Shown here piece after piece: positions 49,836 to 59,708 of a stretch of 64,000 nucleotides of DNA. The stretch spans positions 96,001 to 160,000 of the IMG/VR virus record IMGVR_UViG_3300046008_000291. One strand, given 5' to 3'. The stretch comes from a virus. Below the pieces are notes generated by a model, which worked only from the letters and a program-made list of their open reading frames with translations, did not search any database and was not told the DNA's origin. Numbering within the stretch: position 1 is the first letter of the stretch; each line of letters starts with the position of its first letter. The position numbers and the translations under genes were made by a program.

Positions 49836-50485
49836 TGCGAATATTAACCATTGGCGATAGCTTTACCTACGGCGATGAACTAGTTGATATTCAGCAGGCA
49901 TGGCCGTATGTATTACAAAATAAGTTATCCTGTGAGTTAACAAATTTAGGAAAGCCTGCTACAGGTAATACCAGCATGGTTCGAAATGTAGTAGAACATG
50001 CTAGAGATTATGATTTAATTATCGTCGCCTGGAGTCATTTTGCCCGTATTGAATTTGCCGACGAGCATGGCATTTTTGATACATGGCCCGGACATCGTGG
50101 CGTGGCGTTTACTAATAATATTGCATATAGAATGGAGTTGTTAAATTATATAAATCGTCACCACAACGATGAATATTTGTATAAACAATATCTATTGAAT
50201 ATAATTTTATTACAAACTTATGCAGATCACCTAGGCAAAAAATTGCTTATGCTTAATACGCAGATTAATTGGAATAAACTATCAGAAGATTCATACATGG
50301 AAAAGTTTGCATCTACGATTAATCGAATCGATACTCAATATTTTATTGGATGGCCAAATGAATCGATGATGGAGTGGACATTTGGCACTCCCAAAGGACC
50401 AAACGGTCACTTTTTAGCAGCAGGACATACAATAGTAGCGGATAAAATTTATGAATATATTAGGCATCTCGGCTGGGTTTCATGA
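49835..50485 (+). CDS. SGNH/GDSL-like hydrolase or acyltransferase
   Basis: LTIGDSFTYGDEL, NLGKPATGN, VAWS, GHFLAAGH. Confidence 0.68.
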   Translation: MRILTIGDSFTYGDELVDIQQAWPYVLQNKLSCELTNLGKPATGNTSMVRNVVEHARDYDLIIVAWSHFARIEFADEHGIFDTWPGHRGVAFTNNIAYRMELLNYINRHHNDEYLYKQYLLNIILLQTYADHLGKKLLMLNTQINWNKLSEDSYMEKFASTINRIDTQYFIGWPNESMMEWTFGTPKGPNGHFLAAGHTIVADKIYEYIRHLGWVS

Positions 50486-51950
50486 CGCAGCTGTAACAGT
50501 CATTCAAAATGACGAAATTGTATTTGCTGGGCATAGTGAACGCTACAGCAAAATTAAACATGACCCAAACTTATGTTCAAGTTTACTAGCAGATGCAATT
50601 TTAGAATCGGGTGCATATCCACATCAAATAGCCTACTATGAAAGACCTTGGGTTAAGAAGACACGTCAACTCTACGCTGGCCAATACAGTGAGCTAACCA
50701 AAGGCTGGAGTGTACGCAATATGATTTCCAAGGCTGCACCGTGGTTCAATCATCGAGACATTCCACTTAAAACATACAATCATCATTTAAGTCATGCGGC
50801 CGCAGGCTTTCAAACAAGTCCGTTTGACAATGCAACAGTTGTGGTAATTGATGCTATCGGTGAGTGGGACACTATTAGTATTTGGACAGCAAAGTATGTC
50901 AATGGTAAGGCACAATATACAAGAGTATGGCGCCAATTATACCCACACAGTATCGGCTTGATGTACAGTGCGTTTACCAAAGAAGTTGGACTTAAACCCT
51001 TAGACGAAGAATACATTCTAATGGGCATGGCTGGTTGGGCACAAAAAAATACAGGACGATTGAGTGACGAACTTTCTAATTGGTTAGTTGATCACGAGTT
51101 TGATCTGACATTAAAACACAATCTACATATCGGCCTGCCCGAGAATGACATGCGAGCTCGCTGGAACGACTTCGAAATTGCCGCGGCAGCTCAGACATTA
51201 GCGGAACAATTGATACATAATATTATGTACAAGGCAATGAAGTTAGCACCTAACCGTAATTTAGTATATGCTGGTGGCGTTGCTCTTAATTGTAGTGCTA
51301 ATAGAGACTTGGGAGAATACTTTGATGAAATATGGATTATGCCTAATCCTGGTGATGCTGGTAGCAGCCTTGGAGCGGCGGCCTTGGCACACGGGGGTCG
51401 ACTTAATTGGAATAATGCTTTTCTTGGCCATAATATTAGTGGCCCTTATCCTGTCACCGATGTTGTCTCCGAATTAATGACCAATAAGATCGTTGGTGTT
51501 GCTAGCGGTCGTGCAGAATTTGGACCAAGAGCATTGGGTAATCGTAGCCTATTGGCGGACCCGCGCGGTCATGATATTAAAGATCGAGTTAACTTAATTA
51601 AACATAGACAAAAGTTTAGACCTTTTGCTCCTATCATACTTGAAGAATTCGCCGATGAATATTTTGAAATGCCCAACGGCTTTGCCACAAGCAGATATAT
51701 GCAGACAACTGCAAAATGCTTGCGTCCTGATGAATTTCCTGCTATAATACATGTTGATGGTACAAGTCGAGTACAGACTGTTCCACGAGATGGCAGTGGT
51801 ATACGTGAACTATTATGCTTATGGTATACTTGGACGGGTTGCCCGATGTTGCTTAATACAAGTTTAAACATCAGAGGCGAGCCCATGGTAAATGATCGCG
51901 CTGACGCAGATCGCTTTGAAGAATTATACGGAGTTCGTGTTTTATCATGA
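50451..51950 (+). CDS. Carbamoyltransferase (NodU/CmcH/TobZ family)
   Basis: GISAGFHDAAV, HHLSHAA, DAIGE, GGVALNC, GRAEFGPRALGNRSLLADPR, FRPFAP, LLNTSLN. Confidence 0.93.
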   Translation: MNILGISAGFHDAAVTVIQNDEIVFAGHSERYSKIKHDPNLCSSLLADAILESGAYPHQIAYYERPWVKKTRQLYAGQYSELTKGWSVRNMISKAAPWFNHRDIPLKTYNHHLSHAAAGFQTSPFDNATVVVIDAIGEWDTISIWTAKYVNGKAQYTRVWRQLYPHSIGLMYSAFTKEVGLKPLDEEYILMGMAGWAQKNTGRLSDELSNWLVDHEFDLTLKHNLHIGLPENDMRARWNDFEIAAAAQTLAEQLIHNIMYKAMKLAPNRNLVYAGGVALNCSANRDLGEYFDEIWIMPNPGDAGSSLGAAALAHGGRLNWNNAFLGHNISGPYPVTDVVSELMTNKIVGVASGRAEFGPRALGNRSLLADPRGHDIKDRVNLIKHRQKFRPFAPIILEEFADEYFEMPNGFATSRYMQTTAKCLRPDEFPAIIHVDGTSRVQTVPRDGSGIRELLCLWYTWTGCPMLLNTSLNIRGEPMVNDRADADRFEELYGVRVLS

Positions 51951-52348
51951 GAATATTAATTTGTGGTCTGCCAGGCTCGGGTAAAACTACACTAGCACAT
52001 GCATTATCAACATTGATAGATTGTATATGGTACAATGCTGATGCAGTTAGAAGCAAGTATAATGATTGGGATTTTTCTGAAGAAGGCAGACTACGTCAGG
52101 CAACACGTATGAAAAAGTTAGCCGATGACAGCAACGGTCACATTGTATGTGACTTTGTTGCTCCTACCAAAGAGATACGTGATATCTTTGATGCTGACTA
52201 TGTTGTATGGATAGATACAATTAAACTAGGTAGATTCGAAGATACAAATAAAGTATTTGAGCCACCGGAGCATTACGATATACGGGTAACAGAACAAGAT
52301 GCCGCACGTTGGGCAGCTATTATTGCCAAGGAAATAAATGAAGCCTAA
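51947..52348 (+). CDS. Adenylyl-sulfate (APS) kinase-like P-loop kinase, short form
   Basis: GLPGSGKTT, NADAVR, DWDFSEEGRLRQ, DFVAP and FEPP resemble CysC motifs; only 133 aa. Confidence 0.7.
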   Translation: MRILICGLPGSGKTTLAHALSTLIDCIWYNADAVRSKYNDWDFSEEGRLRQATRMKKLADDSNGHIVCDFVAPTKEIRDIFDADYVVWIDTIKLGRFEDTNKVFEPPEHYDIRVTEQDAARWAAIIAKEINEA

Positions 52349-52760
52349 ACACCAAACAGCACACATGCGAGCCGCACATATCTACGCTGAACTAAGCACA
52401 GCACGTAGACTTAAAGTGGGCGCACTTGTAGTTAAAGATGATAGAATTGTATCAATTGGCTACAACGGTATGCCCAGTGGATGGGACAACAACTGTGAAT
52501 ATGATTTAGAAGATGGAAATATTAAAACTAGACCGGAGGTATTACATGCAGAAACTAACGCACTTGCGAAATTGGCTAGAAGTACTGAGTCTGGTCTTGA
52601 TGCTGATTTATTTGTTACTCATAGTCCTTGCTTGGATTGTGCCAAGCTCATATATCAGAGTGGTATTAAACGAGTATTCTATGCTACTGCTTACCGCGAT
52701 AATTCCGGGATTAATTTCCTTAAATCTTCGGGTATTGACGTAGAGCAACTAGATGTTTGA
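52338..52760 (+). CDS. cd: dCMP deaminase
   Basis: KVGALVVKDDRIVSIGYNGMPSG, HAETNA, SPCLDC (zinc deaminase motifs). Confidence 0.92.
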   Translation: MKPKHQTAHMRAAHIYAELSTARRLKVGALVVKDDRIVSIGYNGMPSGWDNNCEYDLEDGNIKTRPEVLHAETNALAKLARSTESGLDADLFVTHSPCLDCAKLIYQSGIKRVFYATAYRDNSGINFLKSSGIDVEQLDV

Positions 52761-55161
52761 TGTGTTCTACACGGGCCCAAAGCCTGGCTTATTTCCATTT
52801 GAACTGCCAGCTGATACACTAGCGGAAGCTGCTAGTTTAAGTCGTACTAAGTTTTTTTGGTTCGTCGATGGACAAAATGATTACACAGGATTTGATTTTA
52901 ATTTTCAGGCAGTGCCTTGGGAAGAACATCAAATACACACATGGCCAAATCAATGGCAGGTTGACGGAGGTGTATATTTTGCTAACAAATATACTATACA
53001 AGATCGTATACATAATTACCATTCAGACACCTATACACATCGACTACCCAACTTAGATTATTGGGATTATCGTGACTGTGACCCTGCTAGTGTAGATCAA
53101 CGGTGGGCACCAGATCCATTGGATCCTCCTTACATCTATCAGTTTCCTGTTAAGTGGGGGCGCGAGCAAGTAGATGGACCACGGTATTGCGTACCAGGTG
53201 CCGCAGAAGTAAAATACCTATACGACTTTACAGCAGAGTTTAATCCACAGTTAGAATTATGGACTGTACCAGAAGAAATTAATGCTGAAGATATTGATTT
53301 TACCTGGCGACCTGATCCTGACCATCCTCCTTACATCTATCACTTTAGTTCAGAGTTCCAAGTGAGTTCTGGATTAACCTATACAGTGCCTGGTGCAGTC
53401 GATGTCAAGTTTGTGGACATGATGCCCACTAAGACGGGCAATGCTATACAGGTCTTGGACATATTCTTTATTGATAAAAGCAATGCCAGCGCGGCTGTGC
53501 GTTATGAAATGTTAGTAGATGAATATCCGCATGCACAAAAGATACGCTATGCCAATTCAATGATGGATACTATTGCTCGATGTGTTACACGCAGTAAGAC
53601 CAGTAAGTTTTGGATAGTCAGTAGTGAAAACATTTACACAGACTTTAACTTTAGTTGGCACGCTGAACCTTGGCAAGGCCACATGATGCATGTGTTTGGA
53701 TCACAGCATCAAAAGTGGAGCGATACCTACTTAATTAATCGCAGTGAATTTACTCGCTGTAGGGCGTGGGCTCGGAATCTAGAAGAGTTTCCTAATCTGC
53801 ATTTTGTCACAGATCAGCCTGTGTATATTCCTGATGACCTGCATGACATATACTTTGTTGATCACGGTAATGACAATGATCAACTTGAACAACTGCAAAA
53901 GAAACACCCCGATATCAAATCAACTCGTTATGTTGATAACTACCTCGATACCTTTAAGCGTATTATGTCAACTGCTTCAACAGAACATGTATGGATAATC
54001 AGTAGCCTATGTGATTATACACGCTTTGACTTTAGTTGGCAACCGGAACCCTGGCAGAAAGAAATGATACATGTGTTTCCTAGTGCTAACCAAGCTCGTG
54101 GTGATACATTCTATATACATGTTGAATCATTTAAACAACAGATGGTTGAACTTGCTCTGTTAGATTGGTTCAACGTTATTAACTACTGTGAAGAACAGCG
54201 TGTTCCAAGACTACCTATGCCCGTGCATACTTACCAAGGAGATAATTTAATCACTGCGGTTAGCGAACACGAGTTTAAACATCCATATACTTGGTTTTGT
54301 AAACGAGATCGTGGTATAGTGTATAACCCTAGCATTTGGTACGCAAAAGATAAGAAAATCGTCTCGTTTACGCCCGATAATAGCTATGTTTTGGCACCGA
54401 GAGAGGCCAAAAACTATATCAGTACACAAGTATACTATTATCCATATATTGATAAAATACCGACGTTTTATAGCCCTCAACAGGATATTATTTTTATCAG
54501 TTATGACGAAGTTGAAGCCGATGCTAACTGGGCCAAGCTAGGTAGTAAATATCCTAATGCTAAAAGACTGCATGGTGTAGAGGGAATGGAAAATGCTCTA
54601 CGTGCGGCTGCTGAATTAAGCGAAACTGAATGGTACTACGCTGTATTTGCTAAAACAGAAATACATCCTGGGTTTGAATTTGATTTTAGTCCTGATTACT
54701 TTCAATTGCCCAAGCATTATATATTCTATGCACACAATGAAGCCAACGGATTAGAGTATGGTTATGCAGGAGTTATATTATACAATGTTAACCTTGTTAA
54801 GACTGTGACTGAATTTGGTATTGATTATACTATGAGTGCACCGCATGCTGTTATACCTAAACTAAGTGCTATTGCACATATAGGCGCAACTCCGTATCAA
54901 GCCTGGCGCAGTGCATTTCGTGAATGTGCAAAACTTGCACAGATACATGAAGAAACTGGCTGTATTGAAACTAAACATAGACTACACACATGGACAACCA
55001 CAGCCCGTGGGCCTAATGCTGAATGGATATTAAAAGGTGCCAACGATGGTGTTGCCTTTTATTCAGCCAATAAAAATTCCCATCAAACACTTAAACAAGC
55101 ATTTAGATGGGAATGGTTAGCTAGGCAGTTTGCGGAATTGTATCCCGAAGTTGATCGATAA
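52753..55161 (+). CDS. Multi-module glycosyltransferase-like protein (tandem degenerate GT-A repeats)
   Basis: Four modules of type DI(F/Y)F...A...S.T..FW.V....Y..F.F.W; the last (IFISYDE...YGYAGV...AWRSAFRE) is paralogous to 37486; two WxPDPxxPPYIY repeats. Confidence 0.65.
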   Translation: MFDVFYTGPKPGLFPFELPADTLAEAASLSRTKFFWFVDGQNDYTGFDFNFQAVPWEEHQIHTWPNQWQVDGGVYFANKYTIQDRIHNYHSDTYTHRLPNLDYWDYRDCDPASVDQRWAPDPLDPPYIYQFPVKWGREQVDGPRYCVPGAAEVKYLYDFTAEFNPQLELWTVPEEINAEDIDFTWRPDPDHPPYIYHFSSEFQVSSGLTYTVPGAVDVKFVDMMPTKTGNAIQVLDIFFIDKSNASAAVRYEMLVDEYPHAQKIRYANSMMDTIARCVTRSKTSKFWIVSSENIYTDFNFSWHAEPWQGHMMHVFGSQHQKWSDTYLINRSEFTRCRAWARNLEEFPNLHFVTDQPVYIPDDLHDIYFVDHGNDNDQLEQLQKKHPDIKSTRYVDNYLDTFKRIMSTASTEHVWIISSLCDYTRFDFSWQPEPWQKEMIHVFPSANQARGDTFYIHVESFKQQMVELALLDWFNVINYCEEQRVPRLPMPVHTYQGDNLITAVSEHEFKHPYTWFCKRDRGIVYNPSIWYAKDKKIVSFTPDNSYVLAPREAKNYISTQVYYYPYIDKIPTFYSPQQDIIFISYDEVEADANWAKLGSKYPNAKRLHGVEGMENALRAAAELSETEWYYAVFAKTEIHPGFEFDFSPDYFQLPKHYIFYAHNEANGLEYGYAGVILYNVNLVKTVTEFGIDYTMSAPHAVIPKLSAIAHIGATPYQAWRSAFRECAKLAQIHEETGCIETKHRLHTWTTTARGPNAEWILKGANDGVAFYSANKNSHQTLKQAFRWEWLARQFAELYPEVDR
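53123..53342 (+). repeat. 19-bp direct repeat ATCCTCCTTACATCTATCA (53123-53141 and 53324-53342)
   Basis: Exact copies encoding the PPYIY core of two internal protein repeats. Confidence 0.9.
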
Positions 55162-56107
55162 AATCCTGCGCTAATAACCAATCAAGATATGCAGGAATGC
55201 CCTGTTCGATATCCCATACAGGTGTATAGTCTAGCATGTGTTTAATCTTATCGCTGTTAAGTGTATCGCGATTAGGATAAAACGCATCATGTGGTTTAAT
55301 AATAATTTCACCACCTAATCTTTGTTGTACAAGTTCAGCGGCTTCTAAAATAGTGCGCCCACGGCCACGTGTACAGTTAAAGATTTGATTAACTGCTGCC
55401 GGATTCAATGCGGCTTCTGTAAAATACCCTGCAACATCTTCTACAAAACTAAAATCTAGTCGATTATCTGGACCCTGTACTGTGATAGCACCATTGCGCA
55501 ATGAACCTGCAGCCATTTGACTTATAACACGTACTACCATATCGCGTGTACCATACAAAGCACTTGGTCGCATAATAACATATTCTAAGTCATGATCCTG
55601 TGCCCAGATCTTAACCATACGCTCACCTTGCAATTTGTAACTACCGTATAGGGTTAATGGATCACAGTCAGCAGTTTCATCCGGTGCGGCAGTTTTAAAT
55701 TCACCGTAGACCATACTACTAGACGCAAATACAAGTCGTTTAACGTGATGTTGTGTGCAATTTAATAATATGTTAGCAGTAGCACTAACCATGTTATTGG
55801 CGGCATCAACAGGATTACGGTGCACCATCTTAGCATTGGGATATGTTGCCACATGAATAACAACATCTGGTTTAAAATCATTAAACACACCATTAATAAA
55901 CAACTGATCTTCGATGCGTCCTTTGAATACTTGGTCGGCATCAGCTAGTGCAATACGCTGTGCCAGTACTGGGTTATATTCCCAGTCTGGAAATGTATAG
56001 TATTGATGATAGCAGTCCACTACACCGATAGTATGTCCTAATGCTTTGAGTTTACTACTGGTATGACTACCAATAAAGCCGTGTCCGCCTAAAATTAATA
56101 TTTTCAT
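55121..56107 (-). CDS. NAD-dependent epimerase/dehydratase (extended SDR)
   Basis: GGHGFIG, ASSSMVYG, YGSYK (YxxxK), RPSALYG, DFSFVED. Confidence 0.92.
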   Translation of the reverse strand: MKILILGGHGFIGSHTSSKLKALGHTIGVVDCYHQYYTFPDWEYNPVLAQRIALADADQVFKGRIEDQLFINGVFNDFKPDVVIHVATYPNAKMVHRNPVDAANNMVSATANILLNCTQHHVKRLVFASSSMVYGEFKTAAPDETADCDPLTLYGSYKLQGERMVKIWAQDHDLEYVIMRPSALYGTRDMVVRVISQMAAGSLRNGAITVQGPDNRLDFSFVEDVAGYFTEAALNPAAVNQIFNCTRGRGRTILEAAELVQQRLGGEIIIKPHDAFYPNRDTLNSDKIKHMLDYTPVWDIEQGIPAYLDWLLAQDFIDQLRDTIPQTA

Positions 56108-57162
56108 TTGAATGTCCTTAATGCATTAGTGATAGTGTTAATTTCTTCATCGGTTAATGTGTGTTGACAGGGTATGCCTAGACTACGTTCACTTAACCAT
56201 GTGCTATTATGTAATACAACATCACACAGATATAATTCTTCTTCGTGTACCAGTGGTTGGTAATACACTTGACTATCAACTCCGTGGGCTGTTAAATGAT
56301 CTCTTAATTGCTGTCTAACTTCTAAATCTGCACATCGAATAATAAATTTATGCCAGGTATGTTGACCTCTAGTAGTGGGAGCAATTAGTCTATCACTGGT
56401 AATGTTTATTATAAACTCTTCTGCTATGGATTGTCTACGGTCACGCCATTGTTGATGATGATCGACACAACACAACACCTGTGCCGCTTCTAGGCTACTC
56501 ATCATACTATTAGCACCAGCAGTAATAGCCACATCGCTATTGATGTTCTTACCATGTGTGCGCCACTTACGTGCCCACACAGCAAATTCATCATCATCTG
56601 TTAGTATTGCACCGCCACTGCCAAATGCTGGAATTGTTTTTGTTGGACTAAAGCTAACTGCACTGGCTATACCCTGGGCAAGACTACTACGACCTTGTCT
56701 ATCAAACGTTTCTATGCTTTGTGCAGCATCCATAACAAACGGAATGTCTAGGTCAGCTATCTTATCATAATCTTGTGCTAGTCCAAACAGGTCAACACCT
56801 ACAATACCATTTAATCCGCCAATGTCATTTAGTTTTACATGATAGTTAGCATCCACATCAAGGAATATAGGAACTAGTCCGGCTCGTTCGATGGCATTAA
56901 CTGTGGCAATAAATGTATAGCTAGGTACACCTATAAGAGATTCTTCAGGGAAATGGTACTCTAAAATGCAACGTAAGGCGTCTGTACAGCTAGCAACTGT
57001 GATAGCATGCTTGCGACCACTATAATCGCATAACCACTGCTCTAACGCTAAAGTGCTAGGACCTTTTTGAGCCCATCCTTGACTGGCAACTAGATCCATA
57101 CCGGCAAGTGCGGCATGTCTGATCTCAGACCAGATACGATCTAATTGAAATAGCTTGATCAT
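56104..57162 (-). CDS. DegT/DnrJ/EryC1/StrS PLP-dependent sugar aminotransferase
   Basis: SCTDAL, YTFIATVNAI, DAAQS, SFSPTKTIPAFGSGGA. Confidence 0.92.
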   Translation of the reverse strand: MIKLFQLDRIWSEIRHAALAGMDLVASQGWAQKGPSTLALEQWLCDYSGRKHAITVASCTDALRCILEYHFPEESLIGVPSYTFIATVNAIERAGLVPIFLDVDANYHVKLNDIGGLNGIVGVDLFGLAQDYDKIADLDIPFVMDAAQSIETFDRQGRSSLAQGIASAVSFSPTKTIPAFGSGGAILTDDDEFAVWARKWRTHGKNINSDVAITAGANSMMSSLEAAQVLCCVDHHQQWRDRRQSIAEEFIINITSDRLIAPTTRGQHTWHKFIIRCADLEVRQQLRDHLTAHGVDSQVYYQPLVHEEELYLCDVVLHNSTWLSERSLGIPCQHTLTDEEINTITNALRTFK

Positions 57163-57800
57163 TTAATACAACGATACCGAACTTCGAAAGATTCTGCATA
57201 GGTACTACCCAACATCTGTCCACGTAGTGCAGATTGGCCTTTGATATTGTGCAGTAATGTATCACTAAAGTAGCTATCATAACATTGGATAGCTTGAATT
57301 TTTGTATCGATGTATGGAGCAATGTCTACAAATATATTAGGTACGAATTCCTTGTTACGATTAGTATAAGGTCCGCCTTCCATGCACCATAGTTCGCCTT
57401 GATAACGACGTAGACTACTGTTGACGATATGGAAAGTATTTACATGATCCTGATGATGATCGCCCGGGCTGTGTGTGATGACTAAATCATACTCTTTGCC
57501 CTGCATGTAGGAATCAAGTTGTTCTACAGTGGCACTATCCCATTCCAATACAGGGCGACCAGTTGCATCTAATCGATTATTGAGAAAGGTAAACTTAGTA
57601 CCAATGACCCGTTCACTTGCTGAATATTCAGCAACCATTTTATCCTTGTCACGCCACACGCTTGGACGCGGCACATTGTCATTACGTGCTACTACAATAT
57701 CAAATTCTGCACCTTGATCACGGAATTTTAATAACGTACCCAAGCAACCTAATTCAATATCATCTGGATGTGCGCCCACTGCTAAAATACGTTTATACAT
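57159..57800 (-). CDS. PIG-L/LmbE family N-acetyl-sugar deacetylase
   Basis: VGAHPDDIELGC and HHQDH zinc motifs. Confidence 0.92.
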   Translation of the reverse strand: MYKRILAVGAHPDDIELGCLGTLLKFRDQGAEFDIVVARNDNVPRPSVWRDKDKMVAEYSASERVIGTKFTFLNNRLDATGRPVLEWDSATVEQLDSYMQGKEYDLVITHSPGDHHQDHVNTFHIVNSSLRRYQGELWCMEGGPYTNRNKEFVPNIFVDIAPYIDTKIQAIQCYDSYFSDTLLHNIKGQSALRGQMLGSTYAESFEVRYRCIK

Positions 57801-58656
57801 TTAATTTCCTTGACATTAATTCTACCGTTTGTGTTACTCTTAACATATGATCCATATCTGCTCTTGGCTTATCACCACTATCAACACAGCGCATAAAGTC
57901 TTGTATCTGCGCTTCTAGTGGCGACTGCTTGGGATTAAGCTGCACCACCGAAGTCTTTGCTTCTTTAAGATTGCCCTCGGCATACCCGCCTTCAGTAATA
58001 TGCAACGCTGTGTCATCTAACCATATCTGGCATTCATCACAGGTAATAACAAATTCTCTAACTTTAGTAGGCCACTGCCATCCTAATATTATTGTAGCAC
58101 CTTTATTAGGATATGTCAATCCAAATTGTGCATAATCATATTGCGGACTATTATTTAAATGAGTACCGTTCCCGTCAATAGTCAGCGGTAAACTATTGGT
58201 TAACTTATCGATTACACTGATATCATGCGGAGCCAAGTGCCAGGCTAGATCTATATTAGTCTGTAGTCTACCCCAATTTAGTCTGCGACTTTCTACGTGA
58301 CGCACATTTAATGTTGACACAAGTTTTAACATATATTCTATGTTTGGTTGGAATAAAAGTATATGACCAGCTTGGTAGACTAGGTCCTGTGATCTAGCTA
58401 GCTCATTTAATTCTTGTTGTTCCGCTACGCTCATACAAGTAGGTTTCTCGCACAATACGTGAATGCCCTGTTCAAGATACCATTTGGTCATTGTGTAATG
58501 TTGATCGGCTGGTGTGGCAATAATAACAGCATCTAATGTTTTATTCTGCCAACTGTCGCCGTTCTTAATATCCATGATGACAATAATAGCCTGATTACTA
58601 GCACTATTAACAATTTTGCTACCCCAATAACCTGCACCTGCTATGCCTAGTTTCAT
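57793..58656 (-). CDS. Gfo/Idh/MocA family oxidoreductase
   Basis: GIAGAGYWG, IATPADQH, VLCEKP, LAPHD. Confidence 0.92.
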   Translation of the reverse strand: MKLGIAGAGYWGSKIVNSASNQAIIVIMDIKNGDSWQNKTLDAVIIATPADQHYTMTKWYLEQGIHVLCEKPTCMSVAEQQELNELARSQDLVYQAGHILLFQPNIEYMLKLVSTLNVRHVESRRLNWGRLQTNIDLAWHLAPHDISVIDKLTNSLPLTIDGNGTHLNNSPQYDYAQFGLTYPNKGATIILGWQWPTKVREFVITCDECQIWLDDTALHITEGGYAEGNLKEAKTSVVQLNPKQSPLEAQIQDFMRCVDSGDKPRADMDHMLRVTQTVELMSRKLNV

Positions 58657-59708
58657 TTGAATTCTCTTTTAACAGTAGTGGCAATTAATTCAACTTCACT
58701 ATCAGTTAGAAACTGATGTGTAGGTATGGCTAAATTCATTCGACTATAATATTCTGTATTAGGCAACTGAGCATTGATATTATATGCAGGCTGTTTGTAG
58801 GCAAGATTGCTGTAATATCTACGTGATTCGATATCTTTTGCTTTAAGTGCGGCTTCGATTTGTTCTGACTGTTCACTTAATACAATATATTGATGCCGTA
58901 CATTGTACCCTTGCGCAAATTGCGGAATAACCTCAAACAAGTTTTTAAATTGTTCGTCGTAGTATGCAGATATTTCTCTGCGACGACTGTTCCATTGATC
59001 TAAATGTGGTAATTTGTTATCAAGTAATTCTGCTTGTATACTGTCCAATCGACTATTATATCCTACATGACTGACATTGAATTTACTTTCTTGTCCGTGA
59101 TTGCGTAGCTTTTTAATAGTAGCGGCATAGTCTGCATTGTTAGTAGTAACTGCACCACCATCACCCAAGCAACCTAAATTCTTAGTAGGATAGAAACTAA
59201 AGCAGGTTAGATCAGTAACACTGCCAACCATGCGATCTTTATATCTGGCACCAGTGGCCTGTGCCGCATCGCTGATAGTAGCTACTGGAAACTTAACCTT
59301 ATCCCAATCACATGGCTGACCAAACAGATCCACACCGATTATGGCCTTGGTACGACTATCTACAGCAGCCAAGGCATCATCCATGTTCATGGTTAGATAT
59401 TGATCAACATCAACTAGGCGTATCTCTGCACCTAAGTTAGCAATAACTTCGTATGAGCTTAACCAAGTAAGTCCTACAGTAATAACATTGTCGCCGGGCT
59501 TAACACCTACTGCATCTAAACTTAATCGTAGTGCGTCTGTGCAATTGCCTACGGCAATAGCATGTTCTGCTTGTGTATAAGCGGCAAAGTTGCTTTCAAA
59601 GTCGCGCACTGCTTTGCCTAAAATAAAGTCCTGTCTAGTTAATGTGCCTGCACATAATTTATCTAAACTATGTTCGCGCTCATAATGAAAATCACTTAAT
59701 TTAATCAT
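58653..59708 (-). CDS. DegT/DnrJ/EryC1/StrS PLP-dependent sugar aminotransferase
   Basis: GNCTDAL, DAAQATGA, SFYPTKNLGCLGDGGA, YNSRLDSIQA. Confidence 0.94.
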   Translation of the reverse strand: MIKLSDFHYEREHSLDKLCAGTLTRQDFILGKAVRDFESNFAAYTQAEHAIAVGNCTDALRLSLDAVGVKPGDNVITVGLTWLSSYEVIANLGAEIRLVDVDQYLTMNMDDALAAVDSRTKAIIGVDLFGQPCDWDKVKFPVATISDAAQATGARYKDRMVGSVTDLTCFSFYPTKNLGCLGDGGAVTTNNADYAATIKKLRNHGQESKFNVSHVGYNSRLDSIQAELLDNKLPHLDQWNSRRREISAYYDEQFKNLFEVIPQFAQGYNVRHQYIVLSEQSEQIEAALKAKDIESRRYYSNLAYKQPAYNINAQLPNTEYYSRMNLAIPTHQFLTDSEVELIATTVKREFK

